A DNA stretch of 64,000 nucleotides from a phage: the sequence record PX104380.1; one strand, 5' to 3'. The first letter of the stretch is position 1; each line of letters opens with the position of its first letter. Below the pieces are notes generated by a model. That model was not told the origin of the DNA. It did no database searches and worked only from the letters and a program-made list of their open reading frames with translations. Position numbers and translations under genes: made by a program. Positions 10,124-20,027 of this stretch are shown piece after piece.

Positions 10124-11806
10124 TTAAACCATTACAGTAAATCGACCAACTTTCTTCATTTGAAGATGCTGACCGTATTCTTGTGGGTCATGGTCTTTAT
10201 GCGAAATTATAAAAACATTAGTGTTTTTCATTGAATTTATAATATTAGCTACACCTTTAATACCTTCGGCATCAAATGACCCATCAAACACTTCATCGAG
10301 TATTAATGTACTAATACTAACACCAGATACAATAGAAGCAATATCACGCCAAGTAAATAAAAGAGCAATATCGATTCGTGCCTTTTCACCTTCACTAAAT
10401 GAAGCATAACTAAAATCTTCGCGACCACGGGATTTAATTGTCTCATTAAATTCTTCATCTAATGTAAACACATAATCCGCTTCCATTATTTTAAGATAAT
10501 GGTTAATCTGCTTATTAAATAATGGAATGTACTTTTTAATAATAGCACCTTTAATACCAGAATCTTTGAGCATATCAGTCAAAATTCCTCGGTGGTATTT
10601 TTCCATTACTAAATTAGTTTTTGTCTTAACAATTTTATCAAGTTCTTCTTGAAGCAGTGCTATTTCATCAGCATGGTCAATAAACTCAGAAGATGCTTTT
10701 TCTATAGCCGCTTTAACTTTTTTAGCTTTATCTACCGTCGTGATTAGAGATTGCTTTTTATTGCGAATATCATTTGCCAACGACTGTTGGGTTTTAATAT
10801 TATCTCGGTATTCATCAACAAGAACTTTTAAATTATCACGATGTGTTGAAAGCTGTTCAAACGAATGCGTGCATTCAGAAACTTTATCTTTAATTTTAGA
10901 AACAACTTTATCACCGGAACTCAATTGTGACAAACAGGTTGGACATAATCCACTTTCGTGATACATATTAATGACTTTATTATACGAGTCAATTTTTGAT
11001 TTAATTAAAACTGCTTCTTGACCGATTTTATTAAATGCATCAGTCGGGTCTTCATCCAAAACAATATTAACTAATCTTTCATTAGCTTCTTCTATTTCCG
11101 ATTTTAGCGTTCTAGCTTCTTTTGCCAAATCATCATACATATTTTGAAGACGAGTAAGGTTGTCACCTGTTAATTTTTTCTGGCGTTCAACGTTATCATT
11201 ATATATTTTAATTTGTTGGATAATACTATCTTTTTTAACATCAAGCACTTGGTTTTGTGAATTTAATTCACGTATTAGTGCTTTATTAAGCTTATCCATT
11301 TCAGCTAATGTTCCTACCTCAAGCAGGTCTTCCACAAGCTTTCTTCGCGCAGGGGTCGACAAACCCATGAAAGGGGTATACCCTGCTGTACCAAGGACAA
11401 CAATCTGCTTGAAACTGGCATATGACATTCCGATAAGCTGTTCAAATTCTGCTTGGAAATCTTTACTGCTGGCAGATTCATTAAGACGTGTACCGTTAAC
11501 GGTGATTTCGAAAACGTTTGGTTTTTGTCCTCTTTTGATATAATACTTTTTCTCATCATATTCCATCCACAGTTCAACTAAAAGTTCTTTCTTATTTGTG
11601 CTGTTTATTAATTGACCTTTCTTTACATCACGAAATGGCTTACCAAAAAGCCCAAATGTGATGGCTTCTAACATAGTAGACTTACCACCGCCATTTCGTC
11701 CAGTAATAAGAGTTTTTTGAACCTTATCTAATTGAATGTCAACTCCATTTTGACCAACTGACATTATATTTTTATATTTTACTCGGTTTAATTTAAAATT
11801 CTTCAC
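10124..11806 (-). CDS. 46: recombination nuclease ATPase subunit (SbcC/Rad50-like)
   Basis: 560 aa; Walker A GRNGGGKST, long coiled coil with CPTC zinc hook, C-terminal LILDEVFD. Confidence 0.9.
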   Translation of the reverse strand: MKNFKLNRVKYKNIMSVGQNGVDIQLDKVQKTLITGRNGGGKSTMLEAITFGLFGKPFRDVKKGQLINSTNKKELLVELWMEYDEKKYYIKRGQKPNVFEITVNGTRLNESASSKDFQAEFEQLIGMSYASFKQIVVLGTAGYTPFMGLSTPARRKLVEDLLEVGTLAEMDKLNKALIRELNSQNQVLDVKKDSIIQQIKIYNDNVERQKKLTGDNLTRLQNMYDDLAKEARTLKSEIEEANERLVNIVLDEDPTDAFNKIGQEAVLIKSKIDSYNKVINMYHESGLCPTCLSQLSSGDKVVSKIKDKVSECTHSFEQLSTHRDNLKVLVDEYRDNIKTQQSLANDIRNKKQSLITTVDKAKKVKAAIEKASSEFIDHADEIALLQEELDKIVKTKTNLVMEKYHRGILTDMLKDSGIKGAIIKKYIPLFNKQINHYLKIMEADYVFTLDEEFNETIKSRGREDFSYASFSEGEKARIDIALLFTWRDIASIVSGVSISTLILDEVFDGSFDAEGIKGVANIINSMKNTNVFIISHKDHDPQEYGQHLQMKKVGRFTVMV

Positions 11807-12066
11807 AAAAGATTCCTTTTAATGTATCTTTTAGACCATTCTATCATATCATCATAATCTAAAAAGTATTCATCAAATTCAGCCATGCAAACAACACCTT
11901 GTGCTGCTTTTGATGTGATATAAATTATTCCAACATATCTAGAATCTTCTTCGGTATAATCAATATTTGCTATGAATTCATCATTAATGTCAAATGTCGA
12001 AAACTTCACTGTATGCATCCTTAATACAAGATACAGCCATATCTCGTAATGATTTAGGTGTGTCAT
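11803..12066 (-). CDS. hypothetical protein (46.1-like)
   Basis: 87 aa ORF tightly coupled downstream of 47. Confidence 0.4.
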   Translation of the reverse strand: MTHLNHYEIWLYLVLRMHTVKFSTFDINDEFIANIDYTEEDSRYVGIIYITSKAAQGVVCMAEFDEYFLDYDDMIEWSKRYIKRNLL

Positions 12067-12253
12067 TATCTAAAATGTTGAAGTTAAAAGATACAGCCCA
12101 GTCAGTGCAGACCGTGACCTTTTTAATACAATTATCTTCAACCTCTAGCGGTTCAAACCAATATTCAATAATTTCTTTATGCCCAATATCATCTTTTACT
12201 TCGCATTCAAAATGCTGACTCATCATAACATTTTTAAATTCATCAAAAGTCAT
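11990..12253 (-). CDS. hypothetical protein (46.2-like)
   Basis: 87 aa; overlaps previous ORF, so one of the starts is probably internal. Confidence 0.4.
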   Translation of the reverse strand: MTFDEFKNVMMSQHFECEVKDDIGHKEIIEYWFEPLEVEDNCIKKVTVCTDWAVSFNFNILDNDTPKSLRDMAVSCIKDAYSEVFDI

Positions 12254-13269
12254 TGTGTTGCCTCTACATATAACTGATTTGCATATTGAATAAGTGCTTC
12301 ACGGTCAGAATCAGTGATGTCTGGAATTGCATTAATGTATTCTTCCATCAACGTCTGAAGCGATTGAACTTCAACTTCTTCACTATCATCTGACTCGACA
12401 GAGTTATCAATCTTTGACACAACTCGTAATGAATGCACAACTTTTTCTAGTTCAGATTCGAACTTCGTTAGATTTTTGTCTACTTCAGTTACTATAACAC
12501 GTACTGATAGATTTGTAAAATCTTTATAGTCAATTTTTCCTTTAAATGGATAATGAATTCTACGATGCCAGGTAGTATTGTTTGGAATAAATTCCATTCG
12601 TTCTGTTTCTGTATCAAACATCCAGAACCCACGAGGGTCATTCTCGTCACCTGCAGTTAGTGTCCATGGTGTCCCAATATATCTGACATTAGCAGCCTCA
12701 GAGATAGTATGGAAGTGACCAGACCACACTTCTTTATAAGTCTTAAGGAAATCAGGTTCAAGACCATGAGATTTCATTCCTTTATAAAAATAAAATCCGT
12801 TCAGTTCCCAGTGACCAACACAAAAAGAAGCAGATGAAGTTTTGATGTGCTCAAGAATTTCACCAGTATTTTCTTCACACATCCAAGGAATTAAATCAAT
12901 TAAACATCCGTCAAAATCTACCGTAGTAGGCTTATCATATACTTTAACATTAGGATATTTAGCCAAAAGCTCAGTAGAGGCATTTGGGGTTAAAGTATTT
13001 TTAAAGTGCATATCATGGTTTCCTACAACAGTATGTAGGGTAATACCGGCATCATCAAGCATTTGAACTATTTCACGAGCGAACTCCATAGTTTTATGCG
13101 TGATCGCTTTTCGTACATCAAAAATATCACCATATTGAATCCATACAGTAATTCCATTTTTCTTAGAATATTCTATCGCTTGCTTAATTCCATCAATTTG
13201 AATACCGCGAATCCACTCATCATCAGCTTTAACGCCTAAATGCCAATCACCTAAATTTAAAATTTTCAT
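12250..13269 (-). CDS. 47: recombination nuclease subunit (Mre11/SbcD-like phosphoesterase)
   Basis: 339 aa; calcineurin-like motifs GDWH, GDIFD, GNHD. Confidence 0.9.
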   Translation of the reverse strand: MKILNLGDWHLGVKADDEWIRGIQIDGIKQAIEYSKKNGITVWIQYGDIFDVRKAITHKTMEFAREIVQMLDDAGITLHTVVGNHDMHFKNTLTPNASTELLAKYPNVKVYDKPTTVDFDGCLIDLIPWMCEENTGEILEHIKTSSASFCVGHWELNGFYFYKGMKSHGLEPDFLKTYKEVWSGHFHTISEAANVRYIGTPWTLTAGDENDPRGFWMFDTETERMEFIPNNTTWHRRIHYPFKGKIDYKDFTNLSVRVIVTEVDKNLTKFESELEKVVHSLRVVSKIDNSVESDDSEEVEVQSLQTLMEEYINAIPDITDSDREALIQYANQLYVEATQ

Positions 13270-13432
13270 ATATCAAGAACCGTCATTGAAATGCAAAATA
13301 AAATTATTGAAATAAACCCATCTGGTGTGCTAAAGAACCCAATCCAACATGCTCTAGTGAATAGATAAAATGCAAGAAAAAGTATCACATATCCAAGAAA
13401 TATCATTGTATCAAACCTCCGTATAAAGCTAA

Positions 13433-13446
13433 AGGGCCGAAGCCCT
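13433..13446 (-). other. UUCG-tetraloop RNA hairpin between a-gt and 47
   Basis: Plus agggccgaagccct immediately downstream of a-gt stop. Confidence 0.5.
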
Positions 13447-14649
13447 TTATTTTGTAATAATGTCAAACTGTTCTTTAAAGCAGAAGCTTGAATCTTGATG
13501 CTGATACAAAAATTCATAAGCTTTTTCGCGTTCGCGGTCATAAAGAGTTCGGTCAGATGACAGTTCTTTAATACGCTCGAATGTTGATTCCATGTCATTT
13601 TCATCAAACCAAACGATACCGCTATCATGAGAAATTAATGGAGTGTTATCAACACGGAATTTTAAATTTTCGCCAGTAGATTTCCAAAATACCGGAATTG
13701 TTCCACATGCACCAAGCTCGAGATGAGTATATTCTAAAGAACGCTGTAGATATTTTTTGTCCAACTTACTCAGCTGATAACCAAAACCGGATTTACTCAT
13801 ACGTTCAAGCATTTCGCTATTTACATAACGGTCAAGAATTTGCGTTGGCAAATTAGGAGCAATTTTAATTTGGTCTACTTGATGAAGACGATAATACTCG
13901 TATGGAATTCCTTTTTCTTTAATAGGAATGAACGCTGGAGAACGTTCCAGACCTTCCATAATAGTACTTAGTCCTGCAGGTTTAAGATGTTTTTCATGAA
14001 AATCAAACATCTGATAAAAACCTTTCCATGTAGTCGTACGACCAATCCAACGGTTGATATTCATGTTAATTTCAGAAACATCTTTCCAGTAGGTTGACCG
14101 AACCTTCGCAATATCCATAGGAGGCTGAAAGTTATATACGGTCGGCGCTTCTTCAATATCATCAAACAGAGAAACAGTTTCTGGATACCATTCTTTCATC
14201 AGAACTTTATTAAAATCACCATTATCAGAATGGCTAAAAATAACATCAGCTCGACGAACAGTTTCTTCTAATCCCAAATTTCGACGCAAAGAAAGAGAAG
14301 AATGGTCGTGTTGATAAACTACAACACGAACAGAAGGTTTAATGTTATCAATAATTTTTTTATAGTTATTAATAGTGTCTTCTTCAACCGAAGTAGCAGG
14401 AACCGAATTGATAATTAGAATATCACAATCATTTACCAGCTTAAGTGTTTTATCGTATTCTTTTGCCAATAAAACCGGAATTGAAAATGATTTATAATCA
14501 TGCGCACAATTACGAGTAAATGATTTATCTTTAGCATAAACCAAAGTTACTTCATGACCATTTTTAATAAACCAATCACGTTGCTCAAGAGAAAATTTAG
14601 TTACACCACAACCTTCAAGACCTCGAGCCATAAAAATACATACTTTCAT
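13447..14649 (-). CDS. a-gt: DNA alpha-glucosyltransferase
   Basis: 400 aa; near-identical over long stretches to T4 alpha-gt as recalled (CIFMARGLEGCGVTKFSLEQRDWFIKNGHEVTLVYAKDKSF). Confidence 0.9.
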   Translation of the reverse strand: MKVCIFMARGLEGCGVTKFSLEQRDWFIKNGHEVTLVYAKDKSFTRNCAHDYKSFSIPVLLAKEYDKTLKLVNDCDILIINSVPATSVEEDTINNYKKIIDNIKPSVRVVVYQHDHSSLSLRRNLGLEETVRRADVIFSHSDNGDFNKVLMKEWYPETVSLFDDIEEAPTVYNFQPPMDIAKVRSTYWKDVSEINMNINRWIGRTTTWKGFYQMFDFHEKHLKPAGLSTIMEGLERSPAFIPIKEKGIPYEYYRLHQVDQIKIAPNLPTQILDRYVNSEMLERMSKSGFGYQLSKLDKKYLQRSLEYTHLELGACGTIPVFWKSTGENLKFRVDNTPLISHDSGIVWFDENDMESTFERIKELSSDRTLYDREREKAYEFLYQHQDSSFCFKEQFDIITK

Positions 14650-14700
14650 TTAATATCCTCTTTGTTTTGGTTTATTTTACCAAAAATTTATAAAGCAATA

Positions 14701-14718
14701 TAGGAGCCGAAGCTCCTA
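14701..14718 (-). other. RNA hairpin (UUCG-type loop)
   Basis: Plus taggagccgaagctccta. Confidence 0.45.
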
Positions 14719-14889
14719 TCCACATAATACATCATACAAAGGCTCATTAGAGCTTCTAAATTTTATGCGCTTATATGTTATAGTTCCTTCTGCTTTAGCT
14801 TTATCATGAGACTCTTTAAAGAGTCTCATCATTTCCTCTTTAGAGGAACGAATTTTATTATAATCTATTTCAGAAGTCTGGGTGTTCAT
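14716..14889 (-). CDS. hypothetical small protein (57 aa, below track cutoff)
   Basis: Hand-translated: ATG at 14887-14889 directly after upstream stop; MNTQTSEIDYNKIRSSKEEMMRLFKESHDKAKAEG... Confidence 0.3.
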   Translation of the reverse strand: MNTQTSEIDYNKIRSSKEEMMRLFKESHDKAKAEGTITYKRIKFRSSNEPLYDVLCG

Positions 14890-14892
14890 CTT

Positions 14893-15099
14893 TCATAACT
14901 GCCACCATTTTTTGACTTGATAAGAATCAACCCACACTTTCATATTAGGGTCTGCTCTTACAATAGGAGGATTAACTTCTTTAATTGAACTATCATGGTA
15001 TTCTTTTTCAGAAATTTTCACACAAAGATGACCATTCAAAGATTCAGTAAATCCTGCATTAATTTTAAGACGCTTGAATTTTACGTGTGTAAGCATCAA
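14893..15099 (-). CDS. hypothetical protein
   Basis: 68 aa track ORF between a-gt and 55. Confidence 0.4.
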   Translation of the reverse strand: MMLTHVKFKRLKINAGFTESLNGHLCVKISEKEYHDSSIKEVNPPIVRADPNMKVWVDSYQVKKWWQL

Positions 15100-15382
15100 T
15101 CATATCCTCAATTTGCGATCTAGTAGTCTTCCAAAGAATACTGATGAGTTCATCGTTATATGGCTGTTTTAGAATATCCCGACTTTTCTTGATAGCATAT
15201 TCGTATTGAGCAAAATTATTATTTTCAGCTGCAATCTGAGCGTGCTTATAAAGACGATTCAGTTCGCGTTTGTTTTTAGACAATAACTTATTTGCTTTTC
15301 TTTCTGCTTCAAGACGGTTCTTTTCTTCAATAGAAGAAATAAGCTTTTCCACTTCATCATTAATTTCGGGTTTATCAGTCAT
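15065..15382 (-). CDS. hypothetical coiled-coil protein
   Basis: 105 aa, charged helical. Confidence 0.5.
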   Translation of the reverse strand: MTDKPEINDEVEKLISSIEEKNRLEAERKANKLLSKNKRELNRLYKHAQIAAENNNFAQYEYAIKKSRDILKQPYNDELISILWKTTRSQIEDMIDAYTRKIQAS

Positions 15383-15383
15383 A

Positions 15384-15602
15384 TTATTTCTCTAATATAA
15401 AATAAAAATCATCATCTGTTAAATGATACCGATAGTTTAATTCTACACCATTAGATTTAAAAGCGGTATCATACGGATTTTCTGGATCAATATCAATGTC
15501 AAGAGCTAAAACTTCCCTGAGATACATTTTAAGTAAATAGGGAATAGCTTCAACTTCAGGTATTTCTTCCAAGAATCCGGAGAGGTTAATCGTTAGCCTC
15601 AT
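15384..15602 (-). CDS. hypothetical protein
   Basis: 72 aa, tightly coupled downstream of gene 55. Confidence 0.5.
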
Positions 15603-16149
15603 ATAAAAAATCCAAACTAGGAGAATCGTCTACAACACTTTTCTTTTCAGCCCCCGGTGTTCTATAGGTTGATTCTTCGTAATGCGTCATTTTATCGTAG
15701 ATGTCTTGAATAAAAGTTTCATCTACTAACGCAACCATATCGTCGTCACGACTGTCATAGACATTGTGAACGAAGTAACTATATTTCTTTGCAACTTCCT
15801 TACGTTCTTTTTTAATACGCTGGACGAATGCATTAAAACAAGCTTGAGTTATATATGCATGTGGGTTTTTATATTTCGTTTCATCAAAATTATGAAGTCC
15901 TTTAATAGAAGCTTCTATACCATCTGCAATCATTTCTTGTTTCCAAGACTGGGTGTATCCTGAAAAGTTGAAACGTTTAGATAAGCCTTCTGCAATAAGC
16001 ATAATGGCTAATCCGATAGTATCATTCTGACGAACTACTTTATTTGGGTCTTTATTATTTGCTAATTCTGTTTTCCAATCAATAATAGCTTGTAAAAGCT
16101 CTTTATTGTTTACGTAATTATATTTAGGCTTAGTTTCTGACATTTTCAC
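15586..16149 (-). CDS. 55: late-transcription sigma factor
   Basis: Internal Met at 16143 gives 185 aa starting [18 protein letters not shown], matching T4 gp55. Confidence 0.85.
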
Positions 16150-16225
16150 CTCTTAGCTCAATTCATAGATCTATTATATCATAATATTTGAAGATCTATC
16201 TTAAAGCATAGAGGATGAATCAATT

Positions 16226-16441
16226 TCAAGCATTCATCAGCTTAGCCGCTCCAAGAGCTGTATCTAGTGAATCAAATTGGTCAACATATTCAATCAATTC
16301 GCCGTAATTAGCATATAACCACCATTGGCTAAATTCATACTCAAGGATGAATCCGTTTCCTTCAATTTGAGTTAAACCATTGCCGTTTGTATTTACTTCA
16401 TATCCGGCAAGACGCAAATCGTTAATAAGAGCTTCGTTCAT
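16226..16441 (-). CDS. hypothetical protein (55.x)
   Basis: 71 aa track ORF. Confidence 0.45.
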   Translation of the reverse strand: MNEALINDLRLAGYEVNTNGNGLTQIEGNGFILEYEFSQWWLYANYGELIEYVDQFDSLDTALGAAKLMNA

Positions 16442-16443
16442 AA

Positions 16444-16770
16444 TTATACCTTAGTAATTTTCAGGTCTGCAAATTTTTTCTTGCGTTGATTTTTCATGCG
16501 ACGAATAGTTTTATCGGAAATTTCATGCTTTTGATAAGCTTTAGATTCTACACCAAAAGCTTTAACATCAAATTCTGACAAGATATATTGAACCAACAAT
16601 TCACGGACAGTATTGCGTCCAATCTTCTGATCATTCTGTTTCATCGTTTGATGAAGCTCTTTTTCCCATTTATCCAAAATTTGAGGAGTTACAATATCGC
16701 CTTTTTCTAGCAAAGAAACTACTTTATCATATGCGTAAGAATTAATGACGTTTTTAATTTGAATAGTCAT
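16444..16770 (-). CDS. hypothetical protein (55.x)
   Basis: 108 aa, basic C-terminus. Confidence 0.5.
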   Translation of the reverse strand: MTIQIKNVINSYAYDKVVSLLEKGDIVTPQILDKWEKELHQTMKQNDQKIGRNTVRELLVQYILSEFDVKAFGVESKAYQKHEISDKTIRRMKNQRKKKFADLKITKV

Positions 16771-16809
16771 ACATTATCCTCAATTACGTTAAAATTTTAT
16801 TATCCAAAA

Positions 16810-16823
16810 AGGGCCGAAGCCCT
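16810..16823 (-). other. UUCG-tetraloop RNA hairpin
   Basis: Plus agggccgaagccct. Confidence 0.5.
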
Positions 16824-17023
16824 TAGCTAAACTGTTTGGCACCCTTCCAGCCTTCGTACATCATTGCGGCTGATATTAATATTGCTCCTGAGCAACTTGA
16901 ATATTTGTGATTCCAAAACCAGTTTAGAAAAACTTCGTCATCAATACCTTGAGCTATCATATTTTCAAAGAACTGACGACGAGATTCGGCAATTCGTTGT
17001 GATAATTTAGATTCAGGATTCAT
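16823..17023 (-). CDS. hypothetical protein (55.x)
   Basis: 66 aa track ORF. Confidence 0.4.
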   Translation of the reverse strand: MNPESKLSQRIAESRRQFFENMIAQGIDDEVFLNWFWNHKYSSCSGAILISAAMMYEGWKGAKQFS

Positions 17024-17239
17024 TTAAATTTCCCAATTACCATTTTCATCAATAAATTTAATCCAGTCATTTACTGACCACTTAGTCGTATCGCCTTTTG
17101 GAGTAACATTTAAAGTATATAGCCCTTGCTTAAAAAGCATTCGTTTGATATTCATAATTTCCTCAGCTGTAACGATAACACTCGTTTGATTTACGTTTAG
17201 CAACTCGTTGAGAAGTATTATAATCAAAATCATCGTCAA
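17024..17239 (-). CDS. hypothetical protein (55.x)
   Basis: 71 aa; TTG start in track, ATG at codon 3 and codon 29. Confidence 0.4.
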   Translation of the reverse strand: MTMILIIILLNELLNVNQTSVIVTAEEIMNIKRMLFKQGLYTLNVTPKGDTTKWSVNDWIKFIDENGNWEI

Positions 17240-17495
17240 TGTAAACTGATTTTTTCAACTTTCTTACTTCACCACGTAATTGGCGATTTAGCTCATCTTT
17301 AACTTCTGAATCAATACCTTTCATTCTACGCCATTTATCTGAGCGAAAAATGTTTTCAACCATATCTTTATGACTTACCCCATCAGGAGCTTTACGCTTT
17401 CCGAAATAGTCATAATCACGCACTTTTAAGTCTTTACGACGATATGTTTTACCCATGGAGTTTAATTTCCTTAGCAACTGAACTAAATACAGCAC
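17163..17495 (-). CDS. hypothetical basic protein (55.x)
   Basis: 110 aa; likely starts at internal Met near 17456. Confidence 0.45.
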   Translation of the reverse strand: MLYLVQLLRKLNSMGKTYRRKDLKVRDYDYFGKRKAPDGVSHKDMVENIFRSDKWRRMKGIDSEVKDELNRQLRGEVRKLKKSVYIDDDFDYNTSQRVAKRKSNECYRYS

Positions 17496-17631
17496 GATCG
17501 CAAATCATACGTTTATGTAACTTGAGTATAATATAGCAAACTTCAAAACTATTTACATGAGTAACGCGAACAACATTACCATTAATAAAATAATATTGTC
17601 CCTTTTTAATTTCTTTATCAACCATAACCAT
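17449..17631 (-). CDS. hypothetical protein (55.x)
   Basis: 60 aa; ATG at 17629-17631 downstream of early promoter. Confidence 0.45.
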   Translation of the reverse strand: MVMVDKEIKKGQYYFINGNVVRVTHVNSFEVCYIILKLHKRMICDRAVFSSVAKEIKLHG

Positions 17632-17661
17632 ATCAATTCCTCAAAGGTAATTCATATGTTA

Positions 17662-17691
17662 ATAATACCACGGTTTGAACTTGTTGTAAAC
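17662..17691 (-). promoter_or_regulatory. T4-type early promoter
   Basis: Plus tgtaaac at 17685-17691 (-35 GTTTACA on minus) and ataata at 17662-17667 (-10 TATTAT). Confidence 0.45.
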
Positions 17692-17772
17692 AACTTTGTG
17701 AAAAATATTTTAGGGAATGATAAGAAGGGAACGATAGCTTAGAATGGTAATATACAGAATGTAAGAAAGAAA

Positions 17773-17785
17773 GGCCCAGAGGGCC
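17773..17785 (-). other. short GC hairpin
   Basis: Plus ggcccagagggcc. Confidence 0.35.
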
Positions 17786-17789
17786 CGTC

Positions 17790-18113
17790 TTAGTCTTCTA
17801 TGATATCTCTATCATATCCAAGTGAAATGAGAGTTTCTTTGAAGTGTTTAATGTTCTTTTGTCTAGAATCATTAATGAAAATGACAGGATACCGAATATT
17901 AAGAGATGTGAATCCAGCGCGTTTAGCAAGAGATACAATCAATGGGCGATCGTACTCAATCTTACCATTATTAGTAAGAACTTTATAGAAAGTAAAAGGA
18001 GCATTGAGCTCCTTTAGAAGTTTTGTAACTGATTGACATCCAGGACAACGACCTACTTCATCTGGAATTCCATAGACTTCAATCTTATTCTTTAAGTTCG
18101 AGTTTTGTTCCAC
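17790..18113 (-). CDS. nrdH: glutaredoxin-like NrdH
   Basis: CPGC redox motif; the 150-aa track ORF has an implausible hydrophobic N-terminus overlapping the upstream gene; GTG at 18111-18113 would give about 107 aa. Confidence 0.5.
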   Translation of the reverse strand: MEQNSNLKNKIEVYGIPDEVGRCPGCQSVTKLLKELNAPFTFYKVLTNNGKIEYDRPLIVSLAKRAGFTSLNIRYPVIFINDSRQKNIKHFKETLISLGYDRDIIED

Positions 18114-18396
18114 GAGAAATAATTCCTTGGTAAGCCCAATAAGGAGGATTAGCAGAATCCTCACCAGAGTTTTCTTCAGGAAAATAAACCTGGATAACGA
18201 AGCCGGATTCATCAAAGGTAAAATAAACCGTAGGCAGTTCACCTAACAAATCGGCACGAGCGTTGATTTCTTCGAGGTCTTGTTCACGTCCAGCCCAGAA
18301 GCTTGGGTTCAGACTACATTCATAGAAATAATAGTCATTACCGAACATATCAAAACCATTCCAACTCTCTACTACATACCGCTCAAAACTAATCAT
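18085..18396 (-). CDS. hypothetical protein
   Basis: 103 aa track ORF. Confidence 0.5.
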   Translation of the reverse strand: MISFERYVVESWNGFDMFGNDYYFYECSLNPSFWAGREQDLEEINARADLLGELPTVYFTFDESGFVIQVYFPEENSGEDSANPPYWAYQGIISRGTKLELKE

Positions 18397-18398
18397 AA

Positions 18399-18614
18399 TT
18401 AAGCCTTTTTATCAAGAACCGCATTCAGCTTGTTAGTAATTTTATCCAGACGCTCATTGAACTCACTAGAAGATAAGCCCTTTTCTGGAGAAATCAAACT
18501 AATTACGAAAAATATAACAATAAAAGGAATAAGGAAAATAGCTCCAACTGCCATGAACAAAAAGAATGTTACAGTTGTAAGAAAATCAGCTAAACCTTTA
18601 CGAAATTTATACAT
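18399..18614 (-). CDS. hypothetical membrane protein
   Basis: 71 aa with one long hydrophobic segment. Confidence 0.45.
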   Translation of the reverse strand: MYKFRKGLADFLTTVTFFLFMAVGAIFLIPFIVIFFVISLISPEKGLSSSEFNERLDKITNKLNAVLDKKA

Positions 18615-18729
18615 ATTTTACCCTTAATTGATTAACCAAGCATTGATAAGCACTAAACTATATTGCGAATAAAATTCTGGACCAAAATGAAAAATCATAT
18701 CATTTATAGTATCCATAATGTAATTCAAT

Positions 18730-19221
18730 TTAATCATGTGTCCACACCCCATCGGTATTTGACCAAAGTCGCTGATTATCTGATCCTCGCCACAGCTTTT
18801 TAGTCGGAAGATTTTTCTCATACTTCCCATCAATAATAACATCAACATATTTAAGCATTTCTAGTTGTTTAATATCTTCAAACTTATATCCTGTCCACAA
18901 CCAAATGCTTTTATTGGGATAAAGATTTTTAATAGTTTGAACCACAGAGTGAATCACGTCTCTGTTATCAGGATAAAGAGGGTCACCTCCGGTTATAGTT
19001 AATCCTTCTATATAATCATTATTCAAACATTCAATCAATTGTTCTAGTGTTTCACCAGTGAATGGAATACCATTTCTAGCATTCCATGTTGATTTATTAT
19101 AACACCCTTCGCATTTATGCAAACAACCTGTAACGAAAAGAACGACCCTGCATCCAGGGCCATTCACAAAGCAGCACGGGTATATTCTGTCATAATTCAT
19201 AATAATATCCAATTTTTCCAA
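18730..19221 (-). CDS. nrdG: anaerobic ribonucleotide reductase activating protein (radical SAM)
   Basis: CxxxCxxC-like cluster (CRVVLFVTGCLHKCEGC); internal Met at 19200 gives 156 aa as in T4. Confidence 0.85.
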   Translation of the reverse strand: MEKLDIIMNYDRIYPCCFVNGPGCRVVLFVTGCLHKCEGCYNKSTWNARNGIPFTGETLEQLIECLNNDYIEGLTITGGDPLYPDNRDVIHSVVQTIKNLYPNKSIWLWTGYKFEDIKQLEMLKYVDVIIDGKYEKNLPTKKLWRGSDNQRLWSNTDGVWTHD

Positions 19222-20027
19222 GCTTCATCAGTAGAATTACAGCGTTTTAGTATAAGATGTCTAGAAACTTTTATGGCATTTGAGCACTTTTTAATTGAAT
19301 CATATTTAATACCGTCAACTGAAACGGTTTTGCTCGTTGGAGAAATTTTTCCATACATTGGATTTTTTGAACCAACTTGAAGTCCTTTTAAAGCTTTTGA
19401 AAGCTTTTGTCTAGATTCCAATGACATGGGAGAATTCTTTTTACCTTCAATAATTCGCTTGCGATGAAGTTCGCGTTCTTCTTCGCTCAAAGAATTGTAA
19501 TATTTTTTAACACCGTTTGATATAGATAATTTATCTTTCTCAGACCGCTCTCCAACTAATTTACTTCTAACATCTTTTCGCTTCATAGCTATGCTTACAG
19601 CTTTATTTAAATTTGCTTGATGCTCTGGCGTACGTTTATATTTCTTTAAAGCACGTGAAATAGCTATTTTAGTTTCTACTGTTTTCTTTTTACCTTTATT
19701 TGCTAAACTATTTTTGTGGCGATGTTCAAGTGTCTGTTCATAAGCAGTTCCACCTTTTCCACCGGGTTTAATATTATATGTATTTTCTTTTAGACAATAC
19801 TCTTCGGTTACAAGTTCAGCTTCTTTATCATACATTTGTTTTTCATTATCAAAAACATGTAAAATTTCTTTATTAAAATTTTTTCTACCATATTTTAATA
19901 AAGCGGCACGAATCAATGTTCCTGATCCCATATAACCGTCATTTATGTTATCGGTGCTATGCGCACCGATATATTCCTTTGAATTAATTATATTTGTTAT
20001 TTTATAAATTATATAATACCTATGCAT
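19197..20027 (-). CDS. free-standing GIY-YIG homing endonuclease (Seg-like)
   Basis: 276 aa; N-terminal YYIIYKITNIINSKEYIGAHS, then NINDGYMGSG; NUMOD3-like repeats ETKIAISRAL and SRQKLSKALKG; overlaps nrdD stop and nrdG start. Confidence 0.7.
   Translation of the reverse strand: MHRYYIIYKITNIINSKEYIGAHSTDNINDGYMGSGTLIRAALLKYGRKNFNKEILHVFDNEKQMYDKEAELVTEEYCLKENTYNIKPGGKGGTAYEQTLEHRHKNSLANKGKKKTVETKIAISRALKKYKRTPEHQANLNKAVSIAMKRKDVRSKLVGERSEKDKLSISNGVKKYYNSLSEEERELHRKRIIEGKKNSPMSLESRQKLSKALKGLQVGSKNPMYGKISPTSKTVSVDGIKYDSIKKCSNAIKVSRHLILKRCNSTDEAWKNWILL

Noticed and set aside
11160-11577. ORFs 11160-11543 (+) and 11314-11577 (-) inside gene 46
   Set aside because: Embedded in the gene 46 frame, which has clear ATPase and coiled-coil domains
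13266-13628. 120-aa minus-strand ORF overlapping the 3' end of a-gt
   Set aside because: Different frame across the a-gt C-terminus; hydrophobic nonsense; the intergenic part holds a UUCG hairpin instead
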